DNA of 36,470 nt, taken from a virus (Duplodnaviria; Caudoviricetes). Positions 7,274 through 15,101 of this stretch are shown piece after piece. Below the pieces are notes generated by a model that searched no databases, was not told where the DNA came from, and saw nothing but the letters and a program-made list of their open reading frames with translations. The position numbers and the translations under genes are program-made. Numbering within the stretch: the stretch's first letter is position 1; every line of letters begins with the position of its first letter. Location of the stretch: IMG/VR virus record IMGVR_UViG_3300042517_000526, positions 1 to 36,470 of that record; one strand, written 5' to 3'.

Positions 7274-9232
7274 CTAAAATGGCTCATTTGTCACCTTTTT
7301 GCTGAATAAGCCATCGCTGGCTTCTTCGATTAAACCGTCATCTTTAGCCTGCTTCACGCGGGCCTTCGCTTGGCGTTCCTGCAACCCGGTGGCATGTTGT
7401 ACGAATGTAACAACTTGGGTGTACTTTGCCCCTTCAGGTAGCTTTGCCCAATCAATCGACGTTGCCCTGCGGCCTACTGACTTCTCAGGCGCTCCCACCT
7501 CAATCCACGCCATGCCTTTGTCGGCATGCTTTAAGTGAACTAGCGGCTGCGTCTTGCTCGCAATTAAATCGCTCGCAGTTACGCCAGAACGCAATCCAGA
7601 CCGCTTTCCGCGCTTGGTCACCTCTAGCTTATATGTGTACGTTCCTTGCTCATCCTGGCCACAAGGCGACAGCATTAAAACGGATCTCGCCCAATTCGTC
7701 AGCTCGCTCGATCCAAATCCGCTATACGCCTTGTCGTGCCCTTGGTAACCGCTGCCGTCCCGTGTTGGCTTTGGCGTATGGTGCATAAGCATCCAAGCAA
7801 ATCCTCCAGATAGGGCGAGTGGGTTAAGCAAATTACGCAAAAAGCCACCGGCAGTCTCTTGGCTGGATAAGTCGCCACCGATAAACGCCAGCAACGGATC
7901 TACCCAGGCTAAGTCGGGCTTATGTTTTTCAGCTAGGCGACGCATCCTGTCCACGAACCGTTCACCTGTGGACGTGCAGTCACGCACGATCACAATGTTT
8001 TGCTTCACCCGATCCAGCTCCTCTGCGGTCAAATCCAGCGCCTTTAAGATGCCCTGCAACGCCTCTGCCACATCCCCCTCATCGTTCTCTGCCTGCACGA
8101 TTAGCGACTTTAACGGCTTGCCGTGTGGGCTAATTCCGAACAGATCACGCCCAGCCGCCCATGTAATAGCGGCCTGTAAGCACAGCACGCTCTTACCAAG
8201 GCCACTGCTACCCACCCACAACGCTGAACCGCCACGGCAGATCCACCGCTTGCCTAGTAGTTGCGTTATATCGGCATCCTCCTTGAAATTAACCAACTGC
8301 TCCCAGCTATACGGCTCTGGAATATCACCGTAGATCGTGCGCTCCATCCACTCCATGTAGGTCAGCGTAGGTGCGCCACACTCGACTAACTCCTGCTGCA
8401 ATCCTGTGGCCGTCCTCATCGCCCCTGGCAACCGCGACAACCGGCCTGCGTCCTTATTGGCAGGATCTAGCTTTGTGTGCTCAAGGTGTTTGTAAATAAA
8501 CGCCACTCGCTCGGCAAACTCCTTGGCATTTGCTGCCCTAACTTCAACAAAGGCGTGCAAACTGCGCGATCCGCTCTTAATGATAGACGACGTAGGCAGG
8601 CCGCTGCGCTTAATAATTGCCCACTGTTCAGCCATCGTGCTTTCATCAAACTCGATTAGGCAGTGCCTATATTTCGTGATGTGCTCTGCAGCCCGCCCTT
8701 TCCCGTTGTTAGCGTTGATCGACACATAGACGCCTACTGCATCGCCTTGCCATTCCTTCAACCCGTCGCCTTTAAACAGCTCTAGCCACTCCTCCCGGCT
8801 TCGCGTGTCCCCAGCACCGTCCGGCCGTTCGCGGTCGCCATCTTTAATCGATCGGCAGATGTTAATCTGATCGCCTACGTCGAAACACGTGGTCAGGAAT
8901 TTATCTACCGGGCCACTTTCCACGCTGATAGGCATAGGCGGCACTGGCAGATCCTCACGAACGATCGCCCCATTCTGATAAGCATACTTGGCCTTCGGCT
9001 TCCACGGCTCTCTGGCTGGCTTGCTGAATGCGGATCTGACTGCACCTACTGCCTCGTTCTGCGATAGCCCTACCTTGTAGGCCCACTCCTCTGCGTTAGT
9101 CGTTGCGTCGAACTCCGTCAGCCCTTGGTCGCGCCATTGGCAGGCCAGCTTAAAAAGTTGCGTGTTGCGCTCGCCTTCAGCGGCTCCGTTCCGATGGATC
9201 GCTTCGATTGCGGGTGGGAGGGGTGCGATCAT
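7274..9232 (-). CDS. Primase-helicase (PriCT-1-like + RepB-type primase + AAA_25/RepA helicase)
   Basis: GERNTQLFKLA; CLIEFD, SGSRSLH, DAGRLSRLPG; Walker A GSSGLGKS, VQAEND, WVDPL, MHHTPK, GSSELTNWAR. Confidence 0.9.
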   Translation of the reverse strand: MIAPLPPAIEAIHRNGAAEGERNTQLFKLACQWRDQGLTEFDATTNAEEWAYKVGLSQNEAVGAVRSAFSKPAREPWKPKAKYAYQNGAIVREDLPVPPMPISVESGPVDKFLTTCFDVGDQINICRSIKDGDRERPDGAGDTRSREEWLELFKGDGLKEWQGDAVGVYVSINANNGKGRAAEHITKYRHCLIEFDESTMAEQWAIIKRSGLPTSSIIKSGSRSLHAFVEVRAANAKEFAERVAFIYKHLEHTKLDPANKDAGRLSRLPGAMRTATGLQQELVECGAPTLTYMEWMERTIYGDIPEPYSWEQLVNFKEDADITQLLGKRWICRGGSALWVGSSGLGKSVLCLQAAITWAAGRDLFGISPHGKPLKSLIVQAENDEGDVAEALQGILKALDLTAEELDRVKQNIVIVRDCTSTGERFVDRMRRLAEKHKPDLAWVDPLLAFIGGDLSSQETAGGFLRNLLNPLALSGGFAWMLMHHTPKPTRDGSGYQGHDKAYSGFGSSELTNWARSVLMLSPCGQDEQGTYTYKLEVTKRGKRSGLRSGVTASDLIASKTQPLVHLKHADKGMAWIEVGAPEKSVGRRATSIDWAKLPEGAKYTQVVTFVQHATGLQERQAKARVKQAKDDGLIEEASDGLFSKKVTNEPF

Positions 9233-9420
9233 TTCTTAGCAAACGCCTCCAGCGCCTTGACGATTACGTATTCTATAACTGCTTCTGGATCTTTCTTTAA
9301 CTGCCTTATGCCAAAAGCGTGTAGGGCTTGAGCCGTCTTTTCGTCGTAGGTCACATCGACTAAAACTTGCTTCGGTGCGGGCCGTGCTTTGCCAAAAGTA
9401 ATTTTACCCAGATCCTTCAT
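9229..9420 (-). CDS. Hypothetical protein, 63 aa
   Basis: ATG 9420 with GAGGA RBS; ATGA overlaps with both neighbours. Confidence 0.65.
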   Translation of the reverse strand: MKDLGKITFGKARPAPKQVLVDVTYDEKTAQALHAFGIRQLKKDPEAVIEYVIVKALEAFAKK

Positions 9421-9596
9421 TTGCGTTTCCTCCTCTTTTTGCGTGGCTTCACTTCCTTCCAAATTTGAAAGTTCTTGTCGCAATCGACAGACAACAGCAT
9501 CAGCCGCTGATACAACCACCCGCCCCAGCTCCACCGGGCGATCGTGTGGCTGGCTATGTCTCCTAAGTAATAGAACAGGATTGAAAGCAGTTTCAT
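9417..9596 (-). CDS. Hypothetical protein, 59 aa (not in ORF track)
   Basis: Hand translation MKLLSILFYYLGDIASH...RKKRRKRK; ATGA coupling on both sides. Confidence 0.55.
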   Translation of the reverse strand: MKLLSILFYYLGDIASHTIARWSWGGWLYQRLMLLSVDCDKNFQIWKEVKPRKKRRKRK

Positions 9597-9769
9597 TTTT
9601 TGGCCTCCATCGCCTTGGCCTTATAGCCCTCGGCCTGCTTCAGCATTTCCGTGGCCATAAGAACGGCCAGATCCAGCCGGGTGCGCACTGCATCGTACTG
9701 CTTCTTCAGCAAATTCTTCTTCGCACGTTCGAGCACGGCGAGATGCCAGGTGAGACGTTTTACGCTCAT
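9593..9769 (-). CDS. Hypothetical protein, 58 aa (not in ORF track)
   Basis: MSVKRLTWHLAVLERAKKNL...; TAATG and ATGA coupling. Confidence 0.6.
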   Translation of the reverse strand: MSVKRLTWHLAVLERAKKNLLKKQYDAVRTRLDLAVLMATEMLKQAEGYKAKAMEAKK

Positions 9770-10065
9770 TAGATTTCGTACTTCTCCATAAAAGGAATGT
9801 CGGAAGCGCAGTGATTTCTAAATTCAGGAATTTGCATCATAGTTTTATGCAAACTCTGTGCATCGATCTTGTCCCTAATAACTGCGTGATGAAAAGCAAC
9901 CATCCAGAAAAGACCTGCACCCAGTGCCTTAATTCTTTCGGTTTCACTCGAACATACAGTCATGGCAAATCCATGCTCTTGCTCAAAAGCATCCAAAGAT
10001 CCGTCGCCAGGTGTAAATAGACAGGAATGATTTGTACCGTGCACATAGGCCAAAGACACACTCAC
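9769..10065 (-). CDS. Hypothetical protein, 98 aa
   Basis: GTG 10065 overlaps the upstream TGA; AT-richer than its flanks. Confidence 0.55.
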   Translation of the reverse strand: MSVSLAYVHGTNHSCLFTPGDGSLDAFEQEHGFAMTVCSSETERIKALGAGLFWMVAFHHAVIRDKIDAQSLHKTMMQIPEFRNHCASDIPFMEKYEI

Positions 10066-10190
10066 CACTGCCCCATTCCCCAACGGTGGCGATTGGCACG
10101 GGCCTCTCGCACACAGTCGGCGTACTGCTTCGGGGTGTAAGTGCAAATCACGCGGGCGGAGAACATGGTCAGGAGATCGGCTAGGCTCAC
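10062..10190 (-). CDS. Hypothetical protein, 42 aa
   Basis: GTGA coupling with both neighbours. Confidence 0.5.
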   Translation of the reverse strand: MSLADLLTMFSARVICTYTPKQYADCVREARANRHRWGMGQW

Positions 10191-10468
10191 AGCACCGCCT
10201 TCGGCAGCGGCCCCGCCAGTTTGTAGTGGTACTTGCTGGCGTCGTATTCCAGCGGATAGCCAAAAAAGTCTCGCAACAGATCGATGTCCCGTTGGATGGT
10301 CTTGTAACTGCACTCAAGTTTTACACCTAACCTGGCACAGCTAGGCAGCGTCAGATCCCGCCGCAGCATGCCAGCGATCACGCCCAAGCGGCGAAACGTC
10401 GGCCGTGTATCGCCCAGGCTCATCGCCCGATTGCGTTTAGATGCGAGCCTAGCGGGTGTCGTACTCAC
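10187..10468 (-). CDS. Stand-alone winged-HTH (HTH_11, WYL-regulator N-terminal type)
   Basis: RLGVIAGMLR...LGVKLECSYKTIQRDIDLLRDFFGYPLEYDASKYHYKL. Confidence 0.8.
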   Translation of the reverse strand: MSTTPARLASKRNRAMSLGDTRPTFRRLGVIAGMLRRDLTLPSCARLGVKLECSYKTIQRDIDLLRDFFGYPLEYDASKYHYKLAGPLPKAVL

Positions 10469-10881
10469 TTCATCACCTCCACCATCGCGAACTTCGGCAG
10501 GCGCATCGCGTTAAACTGCTTTTCGCTTGCAGCAAACACGTCCACAACGGGCAACTTCCCACCGCTTGCCTTTTTGCTTTTAACGGCAGTGCCCGTATCC
10601 ACGGCCACCCACTCACGCTTGCCGCCCATCACGCGAATCTTAGACCATAGCGGAATAATGTCTGGATCGACGGCACAGTGACGGCCAGCACGCAAGCGTG
10701 TGCCAGTGCTGGACTGATAGCGACTGCTCCACTCATCTTCTCCCGGCCAGTAGCCAGTGATGCGAACCTTGATTTTCTTAACGTCGATCTTCTTGGCGAT
10801 CGGACGCAGATCGATTAGTGCGTTACTTAGTTTCGTCGTGGTAAAGCCAAGCAGGGCCAGGATTGATAGCAGTGTCCTCAT
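10465..10881 (-). CDS. 3D-domain protein with N-terminal signal/anchor
   Basis: RITGY...STG...CAVDPDIIPLWSKIRV...AVDTGTAV...VVDVF, the three-Asp 3D motif. Confidence 0.85.
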   Translation of the reverse strand: MRTLLSILALLGFTTTKLSNALIDLRPIAKKIDVKKIKVRITGYWPGEDEWSSRYQSSTGTRLRAGRHCAVDPDIIPLWSKIRVMGGKREWVAVDTGTAVKSKKASGGKLPVVDVFAASEKQFNAMRLPKFAMVEVMK

Positions 10882-11030
10882 AGCCCCGCCCTTATCCGAT
10901 CGATCAGATCGTTCTCGCGTCCTTCAGCAGCCGCCAGCGCAGCTTTTGCTTCCGCCAGCTCACGGGCCAACGAACGCACGCGGTTCAGTAACTGCTCGTG
11001 GGTAGATTGTTCGGGTAGGATCTCAATCAC
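10878..11030 (-). CDS. Small coiled-coil protein, 50 aa
   Basis: GTGA and ATGA coupling with neighbours. Confidence 0.55.
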   Translation of the reverse strand: MIEILPEQSTHEQLLNRVRSLARELAEAKAALAAAEGRENDLIDRIRAGL

Positions 11031-11809
11031 AACTTCACCTCCCGCGGGTCGTACTTCTTCAACCAACGCCACACCTTGCAGATAGATGTGAACGCCTCAA
11101 AGGCCTGGGCAACTTGCTCGGAGGTGTAGCGGATGTCCTGCAACTGGCCGGTGACTGGATCGATCAGGATGTTGCGGCAGGCCATGCCTTCGTCCGTGAA
11201 TGCGTACGCGTATGCACTAAGTTGCAAAAGATCAGTTTCATAGCCCGATGCTTTTGAGACGCCTTTCGCATCCTTCTTAAATTTTCTGGTTTTAAAATCG
11301 ATAACCTCCATCTCGCCGTGGATCTGGGCGATCAAATCCACCCTTCCTGCGTACCCTTCGGCCTCATTGACTAGCACGGATTCACTGGCGTGCACTTTAG
11401 TGACGCAACAATCCCGCCATTCCTTTAGGCCCGCATAGTGCTCCTCGTATCCTTTAACCAAGTCACCCGGCTCCTCGCCATTGATTATGATTTCAGCTAG
11501 GGAATGAATGTGAGTTCCGCGCAGTGCTGCCGCTTCCACTTCCTTTCTGCTGTCCAATACGACTCGTTTGGCAAAGTCACTGTCGGCCTCGCCATTGTTA
11601 CGTGGTAGCGATAAGGCAGATAGAATCGCCTGCTCCTCCTTCCAATTCATCAGCCCCTGCTTGCTGGGGCCAGCCGCCCCGAGAATGGTGGTCACGGACG
11701 GATACGCCCCTACCTTTCGGGCGGATCGCAAGTCACCGTGGCACGACTCACCCGACGCCAGGTAATAGTGCGACGACTCCGTCTTTGCCGTGGCAATAAG
11801 CGCAGCCAT
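11027..11809 (-). CDS. PD-(D/E)XK exonuclease (Cas4-like phage recombination nuclease)
   Basis: YPSVTTIL, RGTHIH, GYAGRVDL, VIDFKT, QLSAYA; start at ATG 11809. Confidence 0.88.
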   Translation of the reverse strand: MAALIATAKTESSHYYLASGESCHGDLRSARKVGAYPSVTTILGAAGPSKQGLMNWKEEQAILSALSLPRNNGEADSDFAKRVVLDSRKEVEAAALRGTHIHSLAEIIINGEEPGDLVKGYEEHYAGLKEWRDCCVTKVHASESVLVNEAEGYAGRVDLIAQIHGEMEVIDFKTRKFKKDAKGVSKASGYETDLLQLSAYAYAFTDEGMACRNILIDPVTGQLQDIRYTSEQVAQAFEAFTSICKVWRWLKKYDPREVKL

Positions 11810-11904
11810 TACTGCCAGTCCTTCAGCAAGCGCATGGTCATAAGGGCCAGCACGACTGCTGTGGTTGGGAATACGATTTGAACTATCAAAGTTAGGATTT
11901 CCAT
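11809..11904 (-). CDS. 31-aa hydrophobic peptide (not in ORF track)
   Basis: MEILTLIVQIVFPTTAVVLALMTMRLLKDWQ; TAATG overlap with the nuclease start. Confidence 0.55.
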   Translation of the reverse strand: MEILTLIVQIVFPTTAVVLALMTMRLLKDWQ

Positions 11905-11918
11905 GGTGGGTATTCTTT

Positions 11919-11950
11919 CTGGCCAAGGCGGGATAGAACCACCTAGCCCA
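11919..11950 (-). terminator. Stem-loop after the SSB-like gene (possible terminator or processing site)
   Basis: GGCTAGGTGG-loop-CCGCCTTGGCC pairing with G-U pairs; no U-tract. Confidence 0.35.
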
Positions 11951-11955
11951 AGTGC

Positions 11956-12438
11956 TCAGAACGGCACGGGAGTCCCGTCGGCATCTAACTCGACGACGGC
12001 TGGTTTCGGTGCGCCCGGACGATTGCATTTCCGGACGAAGTCTTTATCGACTTTGATTTTATTCGCTCCGGCAGGGAGTACCGCCTGCACATTCGCGTAG
12101 GTTGAACCATCACGCTCCGCATGTGTCACGAGGATCTGGCACGGCTTACCGATGAGCGTTTCCAGATCCAGATTCTGCGGTGGTGCCTTCTTGGCATAGG
12201 TTTTCAAGTCTTTAAACAGAGCCGCCTTTTCATGTAGGGTTAGTCCGTAACGCCGGCCAATGGTAAACGGCCGCCCGTCCTCCATCTTCTCGGCGATCTG
12301 CCACACCAGGCGGATCTGATGCTTCTTTCCATACTGCGTTTCTACTTCGCCTAAGTCCTCAACGTCGCAGAAAACTGCGTCGTGATTTCCTTGCGGGGCT
12401 GGCGTGAAGCTGCCCCCTCTGCTTGCTACTATTGGCAT
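11956..12438 (-). CDS. SSB-like phage replication protein
   Basis: FTPAPQGNH, DLG, TLHEKAALFKDL, LIGKPCQILV, YANV; acidic tail ending DGTPVPF; adjacent to the exonuclease. Confidence 0.75.
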   Translation of the reverse strand: MPIVASRGGSFTPAPQGNHDAVFCDVEDLGEVETQYGKKHQIRLVWQIAEKMEDGRPFTIGRRYGLTLHEKAALFKDLKTYAKKAPPQNLDLETLIGKPCQILVTHAERDGSTYANVQAVLPAGANKIKVDKDFVRKCNRPGAPKPAVVELDADGTPVPF

Positions 12439-12481
12439 ATTTTTATTTTGCTTTCTTGGTTTGGGTTTCTTGGATTTGCGA

Positions 12482-12697
12482 CTACTCGTCGTCGCAAAAA
12501 TCGTTGTTTCGGTGCGGTTGCTTAAGGTCTTGGAACTCGCGGTCGGCCAAGTGCCACGCGATCTCATGCTTGCGGGCCAAGTCCTTTGCTTGAGCTAAGT
12601 CGCCACGATTGACGGCTTTCACAACTCGCTCGGCTGAGTTGCGGCAGGCCATTACTTCAATGTTTTCGATTAAACGGAATTTCGTTAGATCGGTCAT
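12482..12697 (-). CDS. Hypothetical protein, 71 aa
   Basis: ORF in the operon. Confidence 0.6.
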   Translation of the reverse strand: MTDLTKFRLIENIEVMACRNSAERVVKAVNRGDLAQAKDLARKHEIAWHLADREFQDLKQPHRNNDFCDDE

Positions 12698-12699
12698 AA

Positions 12700-12840
12700 T
12701 CAGCCCCGGCGGTTGTTGCCGTAGTAATCGGCGAAACGCTGACTCTCATATTCAGAGTCAGCCCTCTCCCGCTCGTAGACGTCGTATTCGTAGTCCGGCT
12801 TGTCGTTGTTAATAGGTGTATCGTTGGTTGGTTCGCTCAT
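12700..12840 (-). CDS. 46-aa acidic, Tyr-rich protein (not in ORF track)
   Basis: MSEPTNDTPINNDKPDYEYDVYERERADSEYESQRFADYYGNNRRG; AAGGAG RBS; ATGA overlap. Confidence 0.6.
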   Translation of the reverse strand: MSEPTNDTPINNDKPDYEYDVYERERADSEYESQRFADYYGNNRRG

Positions 12841-13169
12841 TTTTTCTCCTTCATCGAAAGGCGGAATGACTTAGCCGTCATCGCTACTGCTTCGGCCGTC
12901 AGGCACTTGGTTGTAAAACGCCAGATGCGCCAGCCCAGGTCGGCGGCAGCTCGATATTTTTCGCAGTCTTTTACCATCCCCATCCCCCGCCCGTGACGGC
13001 CGCCAAACGGTAGGAACGCACCACCGTCCAGCTCGATCGCACAGCGGGCGTTTTTGCAGGCGAAGTCGAAACGCCATTTACGGGTCGGGTGAAACGTGTG
13101 CTCGGCCACTAACTCCGGGCCACCAGCCACAGTCCAAAGCACAATAAACTTTTTTGCCAGTGCGCTCAC
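12837..13169 (-). CDS. DUF559/Vsr-like endonuclease-fold protein
   Basis: EHTFHPTRKWRFDFA, AIELDGG, GRH, DCEKY, LGWRIWRFT. Confidence 0.85.
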   Translation of the reverse strand: MSALAKKFIVLWTVAGGPELVAEHTFHPTRKWRFDFACKNARCAIELDGGAFLPFGGRHGRGMGMVKDCEKYRAAADLGWRIWRFTTKCLTAEAVAMTAKSFRLSMKEKK

Positions 13170-13429
13170 GATTGCGCCCTCTTGAGCAGGCTTGCGACCA
13201 CCTCTTGAATGCCGTCTAGGTCATTACGCAGCTTTCGGTACTTGGTTTGCAGATCGATCAGAGCAGTGGTCTGCGAGAGCTGCGCCGATCCGTAGGATTG
13301 CGAGACTGAGATCGGCAGAATGCCCTCTGCTTCGAGGTCGCGAACAGTAGCCGCAGGCGGATAGAACGCCCCGGCCACGCCGCCTTGGCTTTCAGGTGCG
13401 GGGGCACCGTTGTCCTTGGCGTAAATCAT
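13166..13429 (-). CDS. Hypothetical protein, 87 aa
   Basis: Coupled ORF with GGGAGG RBS. Confidence 0.55.
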   Translation of the reverse strand: MIYAKDNGAPAPESQGGVAGAFYPPAATVRDLEAEGILPISVSQSYGSAQLSQTTALIDLQTKYRKLRNDLDGIQEVVASLLKRAQS

Positions 13430-13587
13430 CTGCCCTCCCTAAAGAATCGACGCACTTGATCGATTACCCAGCCCAGCACGATCACGGCTACGGTCAGCCC
13501 AGCGATTCCAGAGCCTACGAATAAAGCCCAGCCAGTAATCAGCATGGATACTTGGGCAAGATCCCGCATGACTTCCCAAGAAATCAT
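13426..13587 (-). CDS. Small membrane protein, 53 aa
   Basis: Hydrophobic helix; ATG 13587 overlaps the upstream stop. Confidence 0.55.
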   Translation of the reverse strand: MISWEVMRDLAQVSMLITGWALFVGSGIAGLTVAVIVLGWVIDQVRRFFREGR

Positions 13588-13841
13588 TTGCTGGCCTCGT
13601 GCTGCTGTGCCCACATACGGCACACGGCGGGGTTTGGGTGATAAACGAACGCTTCGGGGGTCAAATCGTACCCGCCGCGTATATTTAAATTAAATTGTTG
13701 GTAGAGAGCCTTTTTAGGCTCAGTTATTACCGCCGTGTTACCGTTTCGGCGTAAGTCATTATAGTGATAAGCATCGGACGGGGTGGGATTTGAACCCACG
13801 GTTCTATCTCCTTCTTTGATTTGATTGATTATGCTTTGCAT
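13584..13841 (-). CDS. Hypothetical protein spanning attP
   Basis: 85-aa ORF whose stop is ATGA-coupled to the next gene; the att core encodes TVGSNPTPS. Confidence 0.4.
   Translation of the reverse strand: MQSIINQIKEGDRTVGSNPTPSDAYHYNDLRRNGNTAVITEPKKALYQQFNLNIRGGYDLTPEAFVYHPNPAVCRMWAQQHEASK
13775..13802 (-). other. attP: attP core resembling the 3' end of a tRNA (probably tRNA-Ser)
   Basis: Minus strand ACCGTGGGTTCAAATCCCACCCCGTCCG is a T-arm, 3' acceptor strand and G discriminator; no 5' half present; 90 bp upstream of the integrase. Confidence 0.85.
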
Positions 13842-13856
13842 GTTTGCTGTGTGTTA

Positions 13857-13891
13857 TTGCTTTAAATTAAGCAAATGTTACCCTTGTAACT
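13857..13891 (+). promoter_or_regulatory. Putative leaderless integrase promoter overlapping a palindrome
   Basis: TTGCTT-N16-TACCCT, 7 nt before the ATG; TTGCTT-TAAATT-AAGCAA inverted repeat. Confidence 0.4.
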
Positions 13892-14989
13892 ATGGCCTAT
13901 TCCTACATTAAGAAAGGCAATCCGTGGTTCTACATTCGCTTCAAAGATCCCACGGGCAAGTGGCGCACTAAAAGTACGCGATACCGAATCGACAATACCC
14001 TGCACCGCGCGAAGGCAACGGCCGAGGCCGCCAGACTTGGCGTTAATGAAAAGCGCAAAGATTGCGGCAGCGATTGGGTTGATGATTTGATTGAAAATCA
14101 TCCCGTTTCTCCTCTGACAAAAATTTATTACAGGAACTCGTGGCGTCATCTGGGGAGATTTATTAGTGAGAAAAAAATCAGTCTGCAAGCGTTTTCTCCA
14201 TCCGATTGTGAAATTTATTTGAAATGGCGCCAAAGCCTCCCCCGCACGTCCGGCGGTAAGGCGGGCAGGAACCAAGCCTGCCAAGATCTGAAGATTCTGA
14301 AATGGATTCACCGCCAGGGCAGACTTCTTGGCAAGATGGATTCTGTCGCCCTTCTGGATTACAGAATTAAAAGGGGCCCGATAGCCCGCGTAAAACCCGT
14401 CTTTTCGGACAATGAAATAAAAATTACCCGGAAGGCTTTGGCCGTGGAAGGCGTGCCCGAATGGATGCGAATCAGCTTTGAGATCGCCCTGGCTACGGGC
14501 TGTCGCCTGAGAGAGACACAGATCCCGCTTGAGTGTGTGGATCTGAAGAATCGCGTCCTTACCTTCCCCTGTCCCAAGGGTGGCGCCGGCAAATCCTTCT
14601 CGATTCCCATCCCGGCCGCTCTCGAACCCATGCTGGCTAGAATGAAGGCCGAGGGCCGCGAGATCACTTGCGAAGTGCCCCGCACGCGAGCTTCGCTTTG
14701 CTGGCGTCGCCTGCTCGATATATGCGGTCTTAAACGTCACTGTTTTCACTCCCTGCGTGTAACTCGTGTAACCAGGCTTCGGCTTTCAGGTTGCTCGCAA
14801 TCCGTTGCCATGAGACTCGTGAATCATTCGTCGACTTTAGTGCACGAGTTGTATCAGAGGCACTGCGTAGACGATCTGCGGGACGCGGTAAATTTAGGCC
14901 AGTCTGCGTCAGTCGCCATTGATCAAAATCAGAGGGCATTATCTTTCCAGCAATCAGCGGAAAGCCTGACAGTTCCCGCATTTGCTTAA
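13892..14989 (+). CDS. int: Tyrosine integrase
   Basis: Arm-binding N-terminus (WFYIRFKDPTGKWRTKST); catalytic R (TGCRLRE), K (PKGG), HxxR (FHSLR), H (VNHSS), Y (ELYQR). Confidence 0.95.
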   Translation: MAYSYIKKGNPWFYIRFKDPTGKWRTKSTRYRIDNTLHRAKATAEAARLGVNEKRKDCGSDWVDDLIENHPVSPLTKIYYRNSWRHLGRFISEKKISLQAFSPSDCEIYLKWRQSLPRTSGGKAGRNQACQDLKILKWIHRQGRLLGKMDSVALLDYRIKRGPIARVKPVFSDNEIKITRKALAVEGVPEWMRISFEIALATGCRLRETQIPLECVDLKNRVLTFPCPKGGAGKSFSIPIPAALEPMLARMKAEGREITCEVPRTRASLCWRRLLDICGLKRHCFHSLRVTRVTRLRLSGCSQSVAMRLVNHSSTLVHELYQRHCVDDLRDAVNLGQSASVAIDQNQRALSFQQSAESLTVPAFA

Positions 14990-15095
14990 TTCGCACATAG
15001 CCGAGGCCGTAAGCAGCGCCTAATTGGCGAAGTGAAAGAGCTCGGTTCTCCTGGCGGAGTTTCATTGCTGTATCATTGAGGCGCCCCAAGCACAT
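14730..15095 (-). CDS. Excisionase-like HTH protein overlapping the int 3' end in antisense
   Basis: LSLRQLGAAYGLGYVRIKQMR...GFP...DFDQW resembles Xis/AlpA wHTH; alternative start at 15065. Confidence 0.55.
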   Translation of the reverse strand: MCLGRLNDTAMKLRQENRALSLRQLGAAYGLGYVRIKQMRELSGFPLIAGKIMPSDFDQWRLTQTGLNLPRPADRLRSASDTTRALKSTNDSRVSWQRIASNLKAEAWLHELHAGSENSDV

Positions 15096-15101
15096 AAATA
15101 T

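Noticed and set aside
11027-11809. Cas4 of a CRISPR system
   Set aside because: Context next to an SSB-like gene in the replication operon indicates an ordinary phage exonuclease
13775-13802. Functional tRNA gene
   Set aside because: Only the T-arm and 3' acceptor strand are present; no D-arm or anticodon arm
13862-14749. 295-aa ORF antisense to the integrase
   Set aside because: Shadow frame with no recognisable motifs, although it sits in line with the leftward genes
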